38,273 nucleotides of DNA, taken from NCBI GenBank assembly GCA_035260785.1, contig DATFUO010000098.1:1-38273 (forward strand), given 5' to 3'. This stretch comes from Burkholderiales bacterium (GTDB lineage Bacteria > Pseudomonadota > Gammaproteobacteria > Burkholderiales > JACQAP01). Numbering within the stretch: the stretch's first letter is position 1; each line of letters begins with the position of its first letter. Positions 1-10,816 of the stretch are shown here, one piece after another. Below the pieces are notes generated by a model. That model ran no database searches and was not told where the DNA came from. It saw nothing but the letters and a program-made list of their open reading frames with translations. Position numbers and translations under genes: made by a program.

Positions 1-554
1 GCCATGCCGAAACCGTCGGCGCCGATCACTACGCCGGAATGCAGAATCACGCGTTCGCCGATTATGCAGTCGTGATAGATCGTGACGTTCGCATGCACGC
101 GGCTGTGCGCACCGATGCGCGCACCCCGGCCGATGAAACAATTCGCCCCGATCACGGCGTCATCGCCGATCTCGACGCCCTTTTCAATCACCGCGCAGGG
201 ACCGACGGATGCGGAAGGGGCGACGCTCGCCTGCGCATGGACTACGGCCCTGGAATCCACTCCGGCTTCGGGCCGTTCTTCGGGATTGATGAGCGCTGCA
301 ATTCGCGCATAGCTGGCATAGGGATTCTTGCAGACGATGCGCGGCAACTGCGTCGCGCCTGCGGAATCCTGCGCAAGGAGGACCGCGCCGGCGCGCGTTG
401 TTGAGAGCAATCTCTGGTATTTGCGGTTGGTGAGGAAGGAAATATCTTCGGGGCCGGCGGTTTCCAGGGGCGCCACCTGGCGGATGCGCACCGTGGCGTC
501 GCCCATTACGGTGCCGCCAAAACGCCCGGCCAGTTCCGCCAGGCTGAACGACAT
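1..554 (-). CDS. lpxD: UDP-3-O-(3-hydroxyacyl)glucosamine N-acyltransferase LpxD, N-terminal part (3' end runs off the window)
   Basis: Absent from the ORF track because it is truncated. Hand translation of the minus strand from ATG 554..552 gives MSFSLAELAGRFGGTVMGDATVRIRQVAPLE..., followed by hexapeptide (left-handed beta-helix) repeats VIGANCFIGRGARIGAHSRVHANVTIYHDCIIGERVILHSGVVIGADGFG. An AAAGGGGA Shine-Dalgarno lies about 8 nt upstream. It sits directly after skp, as in the conserved bamA-skp-lpxD cluster. Confidence 0.85.
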   Translation of the reverse strand, partial: MSFSLAELAGRFGGTVMGDATVRIRQVAPLETAGPEDISFLTNRKYQRLLSTTRAGAVLLAQDSAGATQLPRIVCKNPYASYARIAALINPEERPEAGVDSRAVVHAQASVAPSASVGPCAVIEKGVEIGDDAVIGANCFIGRGARIGAHSRVHANVTIYHDCIIGERVILHSGVVIGADGFGM

Positions 555-613
555 GCGCGCGTCCCCTTTCATTCGAGCCTGGTTGCCGGGCTGCACGGTC
601 GTACGCGCGCCGG

Positions 614-1114
614 TTACTTGTCTGCGAGCGCCTTGATCACTCGGTCGGTGATGTCGATGCGCGGGCTGATGTATACCGCTTCCTGCAGAATGAGATCGAA
701 TTTCTCGCTCTCCGCAATCTGCTGGATGACTTTGTTGGCGCGCTCCAGTACCGCGGCCAGTTCCTCGTTCTTGCGCAGGTTCAGATCCTCGCGCAATTCG
801 CGCTGCATGCGCTGCAGGTCGCGATTCATGCGCGCCAGTTCCTGCTCCTTGTCGCGCCGCTCGGATTCGCCCATGGTCACACCGTCTTTTTCCAGGCTGG
901 TCTGCAGATCGCGGGCCTGCTTGGCGAGCTTCTGCAGTTCCTGGTCGCGGGAGGCGAATTCCTTTTCGATCTTTTTCTGCGCCTTGACGGCCGGAGCCGC
1001 TTCCTTGAACAGTCTTTCGAGTTTGACGAAACCGATCTTGAGTTCCGCGGCGGGAACAAGGTTTGAACTCGCCATCAGCGCCGCGGCGGCAAGCACAAGC
1101 GAGATTTTATTCAA
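614..1114 (-). CDS. skp: periplasmic chaperone Skp/OmpH
   Basis: 166 aa with a signal peptide (MNKISLVLAAAALMASSNLVPA). The rest is a charged coiled-coil-like body rich in K/E/Q/L, typical of OmpH/Skp. It lies between bamA and lpxD. The start codon is TTG (1114..1112) with GGGAGA upstream. Confidence 0.85.
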   Translation of the reverse strand: MNKISLVLAAAALMASSNLVPAAELKIGFVKLERLFKEAAPAVKAQKKIEKEFASRDQELQKLAKQARDLQTSLEKDGVTMGESERRDKEQELARMNRDLQRMQRELREDLNLRKNEELAAVLERANKVIQQIAESEKFDLILQEAVYISPRIDITDRVIKALADK

Positions 1115-1150
1115 CTTCGGGTCTCCCTTTTCGTGTGTTCCGCAAAAAAA

Positions 1151-3421
1151 CTAGAATATCGTGCCGAGTGTGAACTGGATGCGCTCCAGCCGGTCATCCG
1201 GCTTCGGGTTCAACGCCTTGCCGAAACTTATTTTCATCGGCCCCACCGGCGAGAACCAGTTAAATCCGAGGCCGGTCGAATATCGCGTCTCCTGTAAATC
1301 GTACTTTTCGCCGACGGTACCGGCATCCACAAACCAGCTCAGCCGCACCGACTTGTCCTTCTCCAGGCCCGGGAAGGGAAACAGGATTTCGGCGCTGGCC
1401 AGCAGTAGGTGGCTGCCGCCCAGCGAATCTCCGTTCGAATCCTTGGGCCCGACCGACGCAGTAGCGTAGCCCCGCAGGGAATTCACGCCGCCCAGGTAAA
1501 ACACTTTGAAGAAAGGCAGCGGCTTGTTGTCATATCCACCCGCGTAACCGATCTGGCTGTTCGTGTAAAAAATCAGATTCCGGGTCAGCGGATAATACCA
1601 CTGATGCTGGTAGCTGGCCCTGTAGTACGTCAGGTCCCCTCCGGGCAGTCCCGCCTCCGTGGTAATGCGCTGGAGCGTGCCGCTGGTGGTGTAGATCACG
1701 CTATCGCGCTTGTCCCTCGACCAGCCGGCGCTACCCACGTAGCTGTCGGCTACCGAGCCGAATTGATTGACGAAATCGATGTAACGCTGCGGCGTGGTGC
1801 TCTGCAGGCCGATGGAAGTATTTTCGAAGGCCAGCCCGTAGTTAATGGTGTCATATTCCGAGACCGGCACGCCAAACCGCACACCGGCTCCGAGAGTCGA
1901 CGTGCTGTAGCTTCCGACTCCGGTCAGGTTTGCCGCGTCGACACTGCGCTTGTACACGTCGAATCCGCGGCTCACGCCGTCGTCGGTGTAGTACGGATTG
2001 GTATAGGACAAGGAATAAATCTTGTTGATGCTGCCGGTACTGACCTGAAACGACAAGGCATTGCCGGTCCCGAAGATATTGCTCTGCGACACACCGGCGG
2101 AAAGAATGATCTTCTCCGCGGAGGAGTAGCCGATGCCTGCGGTGAGGCTGCCCGTGGCACGCTCGGTCAGCTTGACCTCGACGTCCACCTGGTCGGTGGT
2201 GCCCGGAACCGCCGGCGTATCGATCTGGACATCGGAAAAATAGCCCAGCAAGTCGATGCGCTGTTTCGAGCGGGTGAGTTTTCCGGTGTTGTACCAGCCG
2301 CTTTCGAGCTGACGCATTTCGCGCCTGACAACTTCGTCGCGCGTATTGGTGTTGCCGAAGATGCCGATACGGCGCACGTAGACTCGGCGGCCGGGATCGA
2401 CATAGAGCGTGAACGTGACTTCGTCTTTCTCGCGATTGATTTCCGGTACCGGGTTGATGCTGGCGAATGCATAGCCCTCGTTGCCGAGCCGGTCCTGGAT
2501 CAGTTTGGTCGATTCGGTCAGACGCTCGCGCGAAAACACGTCGCCCGGCTTGAGCTTGATGAGTTTGGCGAGCTCCGCTTCCGGGACGATCAGGTCGCCG
2601 GCGAGTTTGACTTCCGCGACCCTGTACTTCCTGCCCTCGGTGAGGTTGACCGTGATGAAAATGTCTTTCTTGTCGGGCGTGATCGATACCTGCGTCGAAT
2701 CTATCGTGAATTCGAGGTAACCCTGGTTGAGGTAAAACGAGCGCAGGTTTTCCAGATCGGCCTGCAGCTTCGGTTTTGAGTACTGGTCGTTCTTGCTGTA
2801 CCAGGTCAGCAATCCGGGTGTGCGCAGCACGAATTCGTCGACCAGATCCTTGTCCTTGAATACCTTGTTGCCGACGATGTTGATCTGGCGGATTTTCGCC
2901 ACTTCGCCTTCGGAGATGTCGAAGTTTAGCGCCACCCGGTTGCGCTCGAGAGGCGTGACTGTGGTGGTGATCTGCACGCCGTACTTGCCGCGGCTGATGT
3001 ACTGGTTCTTCAGCTCTCGCTCGGCTCGCTCCAGCAGCGCGCGGTCGAAAATGCGCGACTCGGCCAGCCCGACCTGCTTGAGGCCTTCCTTGAGCTGCTT
3101 GGCATCGAATTCCTTGGAGCCCGTGATTTCGACCTGCGCGATGGCCGGTCTTTCCTCGATCAGGACCACAAGAACGTCGCCATCGGCTTCCAACCTCACG
3201 TCCTTGAAGAATCCGGTGGCATACAACGCTTTCACCGCCGCAGTGACACGTTCCTCGTTGACCGTGTCACCGATCTTGATCGGCAGATAGGAGAATACCG
3301 TGCCGGCCTCGGTGCGCTGAATGCCCTCGACACGGATGTCCTTGACCTTGAAGGGTTCGAAAGCGAGGGAGGGTAAGCTGACGAGGCTCGATAAGACCAG
3401 CAACAGTAGACGCTTCATCAT
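1151..3421 (-). CDS. bamA: outer membrane protein assembly factor BamA
   Basis: POTRA-type N-terminus (FKVKDIRVEGIQRTEAGTVFSYLP...) and a C-terminal beta-barrel ending in an aromatic residue (...RIQFTLGTIF). I trimmed the start to MMKRLLLLVLSSLVSLPSLA (signal peptide) at 3421. The track ORF extends to 3469 and would overlap the rseP stop. Confidence 0.95.
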   Translation of the reverse strand: MMKRLLLLVLSSLVSLPSLAFEPFKVKDIRVEGIQRTEAGTVFSYLPIKIGDTVNEERVTAAVKALYATGFFKDVRLEADGDVLVVLIEERPAIAQVEITGSKEFDAKQLKEGLKQVGLAESRIFDRALLERAERELKNQYISRGKYGVQITTTVTPLERNRVALNFDISEGEVAKIRQINIVGNKVFKDKDLVDEFVLRTPGLLTWYSKNDQYSKPKLQADLENLRSFYLNQGYLEFTIDSTQVSITPDKKDIFITVNLTEGRKYRVAEVKLAGDLIVPEAELAKLIKLKPGDVFSRERLTESTKLIQDRLGNEGYAFASINPVPEINREKDEVTFTLYVDPGRRVYVRRIGIFGNTNTRDEVVRREMRQLESGWYNTGKLTRSKQRIDLLGYFSDVQIDTPAVPGTTDQVDVEVKLTERATGSLTAGIGYSSAEKIILSAGVSQSNIFGTGNALSFQVSTGSINKIYSLSYTNPYYTDDGVSRGFDVYKRSVDAANLTGVGSYSTSTLGAGVRFGVPVSEYDTINYGLAFENTSIGLQSTTPQRYIDFVNQFGSVADSYVGSAGWSRDKRDSVIYTTSGTLQRITTEAGLPGGDLTYYRASYQHQWYYPLTRNLIFYTNSQIGYAGGYDNKPLPFFKVFYLGGVNSLRGYATASVGPKDSNGDSLGGSHLLLASAEILFPFPGLEKDKSVRLSWFVDAGTVGEKYDLQETRYSTGLGFNWFSPVGPMKISFGKALNPKPDDRLERIQFTLGTIF

Positions 3422-3428
3422 CCGCTTA

Positions 3429-4793
3429 TCAGCCACCGAACAGGCGGTATAGGTCGTTATAGAGTGCAAACGCCATCAAGCTGAACAGCAGAACCATGCC
3501 AACCTGTTGGCCCACCTCCATCACCCGATCCGATACCGGGCTGCCTTTGACGATTTCGGCGACATAATACATGAGGTGGCCACCGTCCAATAACGGAACC
3601 GGCATCAGATTGAGCACGCCGAGGCTGATGCTGATCAATGCCAGGAAGCTCAGATACGCCAGCCACCCGAGCTGGGCGGACTGCCCGGCATAGTCGGCAA
3701 TGGTGATCGGCCCGCTCAGGTTCTTCAGCGAAACGTCGCCGACAATCATCTTGCCGAGCATTTTGAGCGTAAACGTCGATACGTTCCAGGTACGCCCGGC
3801 GGCTCTCGTCACGGATTCGACCGGACCATAGCGGATTTCGGTAAGCAGGCGCTTGACCGCCACTTCGTCTATTTTCGGAGCGGCGCCGATGCGCCCCAGC
3901 GTCTTGCCTGCCTCCTGCTTCGATTCGGGCGTCACGGCAAGTTGATACGCCGTGCCCCCGCGCAGAATCTTTAACTGCAGCGTGCGCGCCGGCGCCGCAC
4001 TAATCGCCGCCACCAGCTCTTCCCATCCGGAAATGGCCTGCCCATCGACTTCCACGACCTCGTCACCTTCCTTGAGGCCATCGCGCTCGCCCGCACCGCC
4101 CGCGATCAGGCGCCCGATTACCGGCTTGAGCGGTGGCTGATAACGCGTCAATCCGATGGCCTGCAGCAGATCGACGTCAATCTTTTCCGGCCCGATGGAC
4201 GACAGATCGAGTCGCCGGAACTGTATGTCGCCGCGCTCGGTATGCATCTCCAACTCGACGACGCCCTTGCGCAGCGAATGCTCCAGTAGCGCCCATCTGA
4301 CGTCCTGCCAGGTCGGCGCCTCGGCGCCGTCTATGCGGGCGATCAACTCACCCGGCGCCAGCTGGGCCCGCGCCGCCGGCGTGCCTGGAATCGGGGCGCC
4401 GACGATCGGTCGGATACCGGGAACCCCATGCATGAACAACACCCAGTAAAGCAGAATGGCAAGCAGGAAATTGGCCATCGGTCCGGCAAGCACAATGGCG
4501 AAGCGCTTTGCCACGGATTGCCTGTTGAACGCGCGATGGCGCTCTTGCGCCGCGACCGGTCCTTCGCGTTCATCGAGCATCTTGACGTAGCCGCCCAGCG
4601 GAAAGGCCGATATCGCCCACTCCGTCTGATCGGTTCCGAATTTTCGGCGCCACAACGGTAGTCCGAAGCCTACTGAAAAGCGCAGCACCTTCACGCCGCA
4701 CAGGCGCGCAACCAGAAAGTGTCCCAGTTCGTGGAACACAATCAGCAAACCGAGTGCGACGACAAATGCAACCAGGGTCGACAAGATAGGCAT
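3429..4793 (-). CDS. rseP: RIP zinc metalloprotease RseP (site-2 protease)
   Basis: HELGHFLVAR (HExxH) in the first TM helix, PDZ-like middle region, and a C-terminal LDGGH motif region. I trimmed the start to MPILSTLVAFVV... at 4793; the 86 aa upstream in the track are Arg/Gly-rich and overlap dxr. This gives 454 aa, matching RseP size. Confidence 0.93.
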   Translation of the reverse strand: MPILSTLVAFVVALGLLIVFHELGHFLVARLCGVKVLRFSVGFGLPLWRRKFGTDQTEWAISAFPLGGYVKMLDEREGPVAAQERHRAFNRQSVAKRFAIVLAGPMANFLLAILLYWVLFMHGVPGIRPIVGAPIPGTPAARAQLAPGELIARIDGAEAPTWQDVRWALLEHSLRKGVVELEMHTERGDIQFRRLDLSSIGPEKIDVDLLQAIGLTRYQPPLKPVIGRLIAGGAGERDGLKEGDEVVEVDGQAISGWEELVAAISAAPARTLQLKILRGGTAYQLAVTPESKQEAGKTLGRIGAAPKIDEVAVKRLLTEIRYGPVESVTRAAGRTWNVSTFTLKMLGKMIVGDVSLKNLSGPITIADYAGQSAQLGWLAYLSFLALISISLGVLNLMPVPLLDGGHLMYYVAEIVKGSPVSDRVMEVGQQVGMVLLFSLMAFALYNDLYRLFGG

Positions 4794-4795
4794 GA

Positions 4796-5983
4796 TTATC
4801 GGGACATCCCAACGGCGCCCAACTGTTGTTCGGCCACGGCGCGCGCTTGCGCGTCCGCCGCCAATACCTCTTCGAGCGTGCGCACGCGATTGGGCGTGAT
4901 GCGCGCGAGCACCTCTTCGACAAAACCCGCAATGCGCGCAAACGCCAGGCGCCCGGACAGAAAACTTGCCACCGCCACCTCGTTGGCAGCGTTCAGTACG
5001 ATCGGTGCATTGCCGCCCGCATCGAGAGCGCGATAAGCCAACCCCAGGCAAGGAAAACGATCAAGGTCCGGCCGTTCGAATTGCAGCGCGCCGATGGCAC
5101 ACAGGTCCAGCGATTGCACGCCGGGATCGATGCGTTCCGGATAGGCGAGCGCATGAGCAATCGGCGTGCGCATGTCGGGGTTGCCGAGCTGCGCCAGCAC
5201 GGACCCGTCGACGTATTCGACCAATGAATGCACGATGCTTTGCGGATGGATGACCACCTCGATCTGTGCCGGTTTCGCCTTGAACAGGAAGCTCGCTTCG
5301 ATGACTTCGAGGCCCTTGTTCATCAGCGTCGCCGAATCGACGGAGATTTTCCGCCCCATGATCCATTTCGGGTGGGCACAGGCCTGCTCCGGGGTCACCT
5401 TGTCGAGCATGTCGCGCGCCGTGCGCAGAAACGGCCCGCCCGATGCGGTCAGCCACAGGCGTCTGACGCCGGCGCGGGCAAAACTGCCGTCGAAGTCGCG
5501 CGGCAAAGCCTGGAAAATCGCATTGTGCTCGCTGTCGATCGGCAGCAGCATCGCGCCGCTGGCCGCGACCGCATCCATCAGCAGACCGCCGGCCATCACC
5601 AGCGCCTCCTTGTTGGCGAGCAACAACTGCTTGCCGGCACGGGCGGCCGCCAGCGTCGAGCGCAAACCCGCCGCACCGACGATCGCCGCCATCACCGCAT
5701 CGATTTCCGGAGCAGCGGCGATCTGCTCGAGCGCGGCGGCGCCGGATAGCACTTCGCAGTTAATTCCCGACTCGCGAATCTTCAGCCGGAGTTGCCCGGC
5801 GCACGCCGCGTCCGCCATCGCGGCATATCGTGGCCGGTACCGGCGGCACTGATCGAACAGGCGATCGACTTGCCGATCCGCCGACAACGCCACGACTTCG
5901 AACCGGTCTGGGTGGCGATCCACCACCGCAAGCGTGTTGGCGCCGATGCTGCCCGTCGACCCGAGAATCGCAAGCCGCTTCAT
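4796..5983 (-). CDS. dxr: 1-deoxy-D-xylulose 5-phosphate reductoisomerase
   Basis: [26 protein letters not shown]-binding N-terminus. Conserved Dxr motifs are present ([41 protein letters not shown]). The start ATG 5983..5981 overlaps the cdsA stop (ATGA). Confidence 0.95.
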   Translation of the reverse strand: MKRLAILGSTGSIGANTLAVVDRHPDRFEVVALSADRQVDRLFDQCRRYRPRYAAMADAACAGQLRLKIRESGINCEVLSGAAALEQIAAAPEIDAVMAAIVGAAGLRSTLAAARAGKQLLLANKEALVMAGGLLMDAVAASGAMLLPIDSEHNAIFQALPRDFDGSFARAGVRRLWLTASGGPFLRTARDMLDKVTPEQACAHPKWIMGRKISVDSATLMNKGLEVIEASFLFKAKPAQIEVVIHPQSIVHSLVEYVDGSVLAQLGNPDMRTPIAHALAYPERIDPGVQSLDLCAIGALQFERPDLDRFPCLGLAYRALDAGGNAPIVLNAANEVAVASFLSGRLAFARIAGFVEEVLARITPNRVRTLEEVLAADAQARAVAEQQLGAVGMSR

Positions 5984-6876
5984 GCTGGCGCAAGCACCGG
6001 CAGAAAATACAGCGCAGCGAACGGCAACGCCGCCGTGAGACTGTCGATGCGGTCGAGTACGCCGCCATGGCCGGGCAAGAGACTGCCGCTGTCTTTGGCT
6101 CCCGCCCCGCGCTTGATCCACGACTCGAACAGATCGCCGACAATGCTGATCACCGTCAATGCGCAGACAAAAATCAATGTGACCACGCGTTCATAGATAT
6201 TCGCCGACGGCTGCAGTACCAAACTTGCGGCCAGTCCGTAGACCAGCACGGCAACGAAGGCCCCGGTCACACCCTCCCAGCTTTTGCCGGGACTGATCCG
6301 GGGCGCGAGTTTGCGGCGGCCGAAGCGGCGGCCGGCAAAATAGGCAGCGGTATCGGCAATCCATACCACGAGCAAGGTGGCCAGCAACAACCACGGCGAT
6401 CTTTGCAGGAAAACGGCCGCGAGCCATGCCGGGACCAGGACAGTCCAGCCGACGGCGCCGAAAAGCAGCGGCTGCGTTACGCGCCACCCGCGATACAGCC
6501 ACAGCGGCACCGCAATCGTCCAGAACATCAATGCCGCCACGAGCAGCAGATGCGAAAGATCGCCGGCACGACCCCAATTCCCGATATTTAAAAATGCCGC
6601 GACGAATGCGAGACAACTCGCCAGCACGATGCCGACGAAAGCGACGCGAAACGTGCGCCGGAAGCCACCCAGACGCGCCCATTCCCCGGCGGCCAGCGCG
6701 ATCGGCAGGCAAGTCAGCAGTTGCCATCCGATACCGGGCAGCAGGAACAGGCTCGCGAGCAGCAGCGGCACCAGCACGAGGGCGGTCAGTACACGTTGTT
6801 TGAGCGCGGACCGGGCGGCGCCGCCGTCCGCCGCCTTCGCGTTAGCGGGAATCCCCACCGGACTCACGCAGTGCAT
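5980..6876 (-). CDS. cdsA: phosphatidate cytidylyltransferase (CDP-diglyceride synthase)
   Basis: Polytopic membrane protein with [16 protein letters not shown] near the N-terminus and the C-terminal CdsA signature ([28 protein letters not shown]). The start is uncertain: ATG 6876, or in-frame GTG at 6867 or 6858. All three overlap the uppS 3' end. Confidence 0.85.
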   Translation of the reverse strand: MHCVSPVGIPANAKAADGGAARSALKQRVLTALVLVPLLLASLFLLPGIGWQLLTCLPIALAAGEWARLGGFRRTFRVAFVGIVLASCLAFVAAFLNIGNWGRAGDLSHLLLVAALMFWTIAVPLWLYRGWRVTQPLLFGAVGWTVLVPAWLAAVFLQRSPWLLLATLLVVWIADTAAYFAGRRFGRRKLAPRISPGKSWEGVTGAFVAVLVYGLAASLVLQPSANIYERVVTLIFVCALTVISIVGDLFESWIKRGAGAKDSGSLLPGHGGVLDRIDSLTAALPFAALYFLPVLAPA

Positions 6877-7630
6877 CAGCCGGCGTTTCGCCGCTGAGCT
6901 GCTCGCTCGTTCTACCGAAGCGACGCTCGCGGCTGCGATAGGAATCGATCGCGCGACTCAGCGATTGCCCATTGAAGTCGGGCCAGAGTTCATCGGTGAA
7001 ATAGAACTCGGCATAGGCAAGCTGCCAGAGCAGGAAATTACTGATGCGCTGTTCGCCGCCGGTGCGGATGAACAGATCCGGCTCGGGCGCATAGTTCATC
7101 GCAAGATACGGCGCAAGGTGTGCCTCGCGATACCCTCCCGGCGGCTGGGCCAGATCACCGGCCATGCGGTTGACGGCCTGCAGAATGTCCCAGCGGCCAC
7201 CATAGTTCGCGGCGATGGTCAGTGTGAGTCCGTCGTTGGCCGCCGTCAGCAGTTCGGCCTCGGCAATCATCCTGATGAGTCTCGGCTCGAAACTGGAAAG
7301 ATCGCCGACGACTTTCAGCCGGATGCGGTTTTCGTGCAGCTTGGCGACTTCCTGCTCGAGCGCGATCACAAACAGCTCCATCAGGAACGACACCTCGTCC
7401 TTCGGGCGCCGCCAATTTTCGCTGCTGAAGGCGAACAGCGTCAGATATCGCACGCCCTGCGTCACGCAGGCTTTGGTGACGGCGCGGACCGCCTCGAGGC
7501 CGCGCCTGTGCCCGGCAACACGCGGCAGAAAACGGCTTTTCGCCCAGCGTCCGTTGCCATCCATGATGATGGCCACGTGGCGTGGGACTGCGCCGACCGG
7601 AGGTACCGTGATGGTGGAGCTGTTGAACAC
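6842..7630 (-). CDS. uppS: ditrans,polycis-undecaprenyl-diphosphate synthase
   Basis: [15 protein letters not shown] motif, ...[11 protein letters not shown]..., and the C-terminal RERRFG motif. 262 aa. Confidence 0.95.
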   Translation of the reverse strand: MFNSSTITVPPVGAVPRHVAIIMDGNGRWAKSRFLPRVAGHRRGLEAVRAVTKACVTQGVRYLTLFAFSSENWRRPKDEVSFLMELFVIALEQEVAKLHENRIRLKVVGDLSSFEPRLIRMIAEAELLTAANDGLTLTIAANYGGRWDILQAVNRMAGDLAQPPGGYREAHLAPYLAMNYAPEPDLFIRTGGEQRISNFLLWQLAYAEFYFTDELWPDFNGQSLSRAIDSYRSRERRFGRTSEQLSGETPADALRESGGDSR

Positions 7631-7638
7631 GCGGGATG

Positions 7639-8199
7639 TCAGACGGCCATCAGATCGACTTCCTTGGCCGCGAGGGCCCTGTCGATCTCGCCTATATAGC
7701 GATCGGTGAGTTTCTGGATTTCATCCTGCGCGCGGCGATCTTCATCTTCCGAAATCGCCTTGCTCTTGAGCAACTCCTTCAATCCGGTATTGGCATCGCG
7801 GCGGACGTTGCGCACGGCGACCCGGGCGTTCTCGGCCTCTCCCCGCACGACCTTGGTCAGATCGCGCCGGCGCTCTTCGGTCAGGGCCGGCATCGGCACC
7901 CGGATCACCTCGCCCATCGAAGAGGGATTGAGTCCCAGGCCCGACTCGCGGATCGCCTTCTCGATCGCCGCAACCATTTTCTTTTCCCAGGGCGTTACGC
8001 TGATGGTGCGGGCATCGAGCAGAGACAGGTTTGCGACCTGGTTCAACGGCGTGGCACTGCCGTAATAGTCCACCTGGACATGATCGAGAATGCCGGTGTG
8101 GGCGCGCCCCGTGCGAACCTTGCCCAGATCGGCCTTCAGTGTTTCCAGCGTCTTGTGCATTTTCTGATCGGCCGATTTCTTTACGTCTGCAACGCTCAT
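7639..8199 (-). CDS. frr: ribosome recycling factor
   Basis: 186 aa, full-length RRF-like sequence (…[31 protein letters not shown]…). Conserved position between pyrH and uppS. Confidence 0.95.
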   Translation of the reverse strand: MSVADVKKSADQKMHKTLETLKADLGKVRTGRAHTGILDHVQVDYYGSATPLNQVANLSLLDARTISVTPWEKKMVAAIEKAIRESGLGLNPSSMGEVIRVPMPALTEERRRDLTKVVRGEAENARVAVRNVRRDANTGLKELLKSKAISEDEDRRAQDEIQKLTDRYIGEIDRALAAKEVDLMAV

Positions 8200-8222
8200 G
8201 TCGTCATCCTCCTAACGGCTCC

Positions 8223-8936
8223 TCAGGCGTAGACCAATGTGCCCTCGTCCTCGCCCAGCACCACCCTCGTCAATGCACCAGACTTGAATATGCTGAACAC
8301 GCAGATCGGAAGCTTCTGGTCACGGCACAGCGTCAGCGCGGTAGCGTCCATGACCTTGAGCTTTTTCACGATCGCCTCGTCGAAACTGATGCGCTGGTAA
8401 CGCATCGCGTCCGGATGCGTTTTCGGATCATCGGTATAGACGCCGTCCACCTTGGTCGCTTTCAACACGATGTCCACATTCATTTCCAGTCCACGCAGCG
8501 CCGCGGCCGTGTCGGTGGTAAAGAAGGGATTTCCGGTGCCGGCTGCAAAAATCACCACCCGTCCCTCCTCGAGGTAGCGCATCGCCTTGCCGCGGATATA
8601 CGGCTCCGCGACCTGCTCGATGCTGAGCGCCGACAAAACCCTGCTCTTGAGCCCCTGCCGCCGCATTGCGTCCTGCAATGCGAGCGCGTTCATGACCGTG
8701 GCGAGCATGCCCATATAATCCGCGGTGGCACGATCCATCCCCGCCGCTGCCGGCGCCACGCCGCGAAAGATGTTGCCCCCGCCGATGACTACGCCCACCT
8801 CGACGCCCAGATCCAGTATTTCCTTGACCTCGGCGGTGATGCGGTCGATCGTTTCGCGGTTGATGCCATAAGGATCGTCCCCCATCAGGGCTTCCCCCGA
8901 CAGTTTGAGCAGGACGCGCTTATAGGCCGGTTTCAT
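8223..8936 (-). CDS. pyrH: UMP kinase
   Basis: 237 aa with [15 protein letters not shown] amino-acid-kinase N-terminus. Position tsf-pyrH-frr. Confidence 0.95.
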   Translation of the reverse strand: MKPAYKRVLLKLSGEALMGDDPYGINRETIDRITAEVKEILDLGVEVGVVIGGGNIFRGVAPAAAGMDRATADYMGMLATVMNALALQDAMRRQGLKSRVLSALSIEQVAEPYIRGKAMRYLEEGRVVIFAAGTGNPFFTTDTAAALRGLEMNVDIVLKATKVDGVYTDDPKTHPDAMRYQRISFDEAIVKKLKVMDATALTLCRDQKLPICVFSIFKSGALTRVVLGEDEGTLVYA

Positions 8937-8954
8937 CCGCGCACGAACCCCTTT

Positions 8955-9839
8955 TCAGCGCGCCTGCGCGGCTTGCGCGGCCACTTCAGCGGCAAAATCG
9001 CTCGATTTCTTCTCGATGCCTTCGCCGACAATGAACATTGTGAAAGCATTGACCCTGGCGCCCCGGGAAGCCAGCAGTTTTTCGACCGTAACCTTGTCGT
9101 CCTTCACAAAAGGCTGGCCGAGCAGCGTGACTTCGGCGAGATATTTCTGCACGCTGCCCTCGACGATCTTGTCGATGATATTGGCCGGTTTGCCGGATTC
9201 CAATGCGCGTGCCTTGGCGATCTCGCGTTCGTGCGAAATGAGTTCCGCGGACACCTGATCCCTGGAAACCGAAATCGGCTTGGAAGCCGCAATGTGCATC
9301 GACAAATCCCTGCCGAGCACGTCGTCCCCGCCCTCCAGGTCCAGCATTACGCCGATCCGGGTGCCGTGCAGGTAGTACGCGAGCTTGCCCCTGGCTTTGT
9401 GAACCGCGACGCGGCGCACGCTCATGTTTTCGCCCAGCTTCATGACCAGCGCCTGACGCGACGCCTCGACGGTCTGGCCGGGAGACAACTCCGTTCTGGC
9501 CAGAGCGTCAACGTCGGTGATTCCCTTGAGCGCCGCAATTTCGGCCACCGATTTCACGAACCCTGCGAAGTTCGCATCCTTTGCAACAAAGTCGGTTTCA
9601 CAATTGACTTCGACCAGAGCACCCAACTTGCCGTCTGCGGAAACATAGACGCCGATAGCACCTTCCGCCGCCACCCGGCCCGCCATCTTGCCTGCCTTGG
9701 CGCCGCTCTTGATGCGCAGCAGGTCCTCGGCCTTCTTCATGTCGCCGCCGGCTTCTTCCAGCGCTCTCTTGCACTCCATCATGCCGAGCCCGGTGCGCTC
9801 GCGCAGTTCCTTGACCATGCCCGCGGTAATGTCCGCCAT
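8955..9839 (-). CDS. tsf: translation elongation factor Ts
   Basis: I trimmed the start to [42 protein letters not shown] (canonical EF-Ts N-terminus) at ATG 9839..9837. The 126 aa upstream in the track cross the rpsB-tsf terminator and overlap rpsB. Confidence 0.95.
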   Translation of the reverse strand: MADITAGMVKELRERTGLGMMECKRALEEAGGDMKKAEDLLRIKSGAKAGKMAGRVAAEGAIGVYVSADGKLGALVEVNCETDFVAKDANFAGFVKSVAEIAALKGITDVDALARTELSPGQTVEASRQALVMKLGENMSVRRVAVHKARGKLAYYLHGTRIGVMLDLEGGDDVLGRDLSMHIAASKPISVSRDQVSAELISHEREIAKARALESGKPANIIDKIVEGSVQKYLAEVTLLGQPFVKDDKVTVEKLLASRGARVNAFTMFIVGEGIEKKSSDFAAEVAAQAAQAR

Positions 9840-9917
9840 TCTTGTCTGCTCCTTGCTGCCGTGCACTTTTCCAGATTGCCCGCGTCCGTACAGAATTCCC
9901 ATTAAAGATCCAGTTGC

Positions 9918-9945
9918 AAAAAAAGGGGCGTGCGCCCCTTTTTTC
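9918..9945 (-). terminator. rho-independent terminator/attenuator between rpsB and tsf
   Basis: The plus strand reads AAAAAAAGGGGCGTGCGCCCCTTTTTT. It forms a GGGGC/GCCCC stem (9925-9929 / 9934-9938) with a 4-nt loop, flanked by an A-run and a T-run, so it reads as hairpin plus U-tract on either strand. It lies in the 121-nt rpsB-tsf gap. Confidence 0.6.
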
Positions 9946-9960
9946 CGGCGACTGCGCCGT

Positions 9961-10707
9961 TCAGGCCGTAGCCTGTTCTTCCGAGCTGTCGACTTCCACG
10001 AATTCGTCGCTGACGATTTCCTTGATGGTCTGGCTGCGCCCGTCGAGGATCGCGTCGGCAATCCCACGCGCGTACAGGCGCACCGCGCGGCTGGCGTCGT
10101 CGTTTCCTGGAATGACGTAGTCCACCCCGTCGGGCGAATGGTTGGTATCGACAACGCCGACCACCGGGATGCCAAGCTTGTTGGCTTCGGTAATTGCGCC
10201 CTTCTGATAGCCGACATCGATGACGAAGAGCGCGTCGGGCAGCCCGTTCATTTCCTTGATGCCGCCCAGGCTGCGATCGAGTTTCACCAATTCGCGCTGG
10301 AAGGTGAGCTGCTCCTTCTTCGACAGCTTCTCGAGCGAGCCGTCCTGCACCATCAGTTCCATGTCGCGCAGGCGCTTGATCGAAAGCTTCACGGTCTTGA
10401 AATTGGTCAGCATCCCGCCGAGCCAGCGATGGTCCACGAACGGGGTGGCCGCACGCATCGCCTCTTCCCGGACGATTTCACGCGCCTGGCGCTTGGTGCC
10501 AACGAAGAGAATGCTGCCTTTGTTCGAGGAAAGCTGGCGCACGAATTTCACCGCTTCCTGGTACATGACCAGGGTCTTCTCGAGATTGATGATGTGGATC
10601 TTGTTGCGATGGCCGAAGATGAAAGGCGCCATCTTCGGATTCCAGTAGCGGGTCTGATGTCCGAAATGCACACCCGCTTCCAGCATTTGACGCATGGTGA
10701 CCGACAT
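9961..10707 (-). CDS. rpsB: 30S ribosomal protein S2
   Basis: [32 protein letters not shown]..., canonical S2. 248 aa. Confidence 0.97.
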   Translation of the reverse strand: MSVTMRQMLEAGVHFGHQTRYWNPKMAPFIFGHRNKIHIINLEKTLVMYQEAVKFVRQLSSNKGSILFVGTKRQAREIVREEAMRAATPFVDHRWLGGMLTNFKTVKLSIKRLRDMELMVQDGSLEKLSKKEQLTFQRELVKLDRSLGGIKEMNGLPDALFVIDVGYQKGAITEANKLGIPVVGVVDTNHSPDGVDYVIPGNDDASRAVRLYARGIADAILDGRSQTIKEIVSDEFVEVDSSEEQATA

Positions 10708-10816
10708 GAACTTCTCCTGTAAGGGTTAAGCCTCCGCCTGCCGGACCCTGTGCGGGCACCCATACTTGGCTGGCGTGTGGATTACCGCAATCGGAAGTGA
10801 CTGCGGTTAACTTGAA

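Noticed and set aside
4794-5051. N-terminal extensions of track ORFs: rseP to 5051, dxr to 6121, tsf to 10217, rnr to 14058, purA to 15573, pilW to 28215 and bamA to 3469.
   Set aside because: The extensions are Arg/Gly/Pro-rich, overlap the upstream gene or the tRNA, and precede an internal Met that reproduces the canonical family N-terminus. Those Met codons often form ATGA or TGATG junctions with the upstream stop.
3422-5100. Looked for a sigmaE-type promoter (GGAACTT-N16-TCNAA) ahead of rseP/bamA, as known in E. coli.
   Set aside because: I saw no AAGTTCC on the plus strand in the regions upstream of rseP or bamA. I cannot exclude a divergent motif, but nothing supports a call.
8031-9905. 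Very long plus-strand ORFs in the track: 624 aa at 8031-9905, 659 aa at 25121-27100, 551 aa at 20354-22009, 493 aa at 36073-37554, 472 aa at 15465-16883, 456 aa at 1409-2779 and 440 aa at 6377-7699.
   Set aside because: Each lies antisense to one or more genes with unmistakable conserved products (pyrH/tsf, ispG/rodZ, der, sorA, hisZ, bamA, cdsA/uppS), and several cross gene boundaries. Their translations are Arg/Ala/Gly/His-rich with no recognisable motifs. These are classic stop-codon-poor shadow frames of GC-rich DNA.
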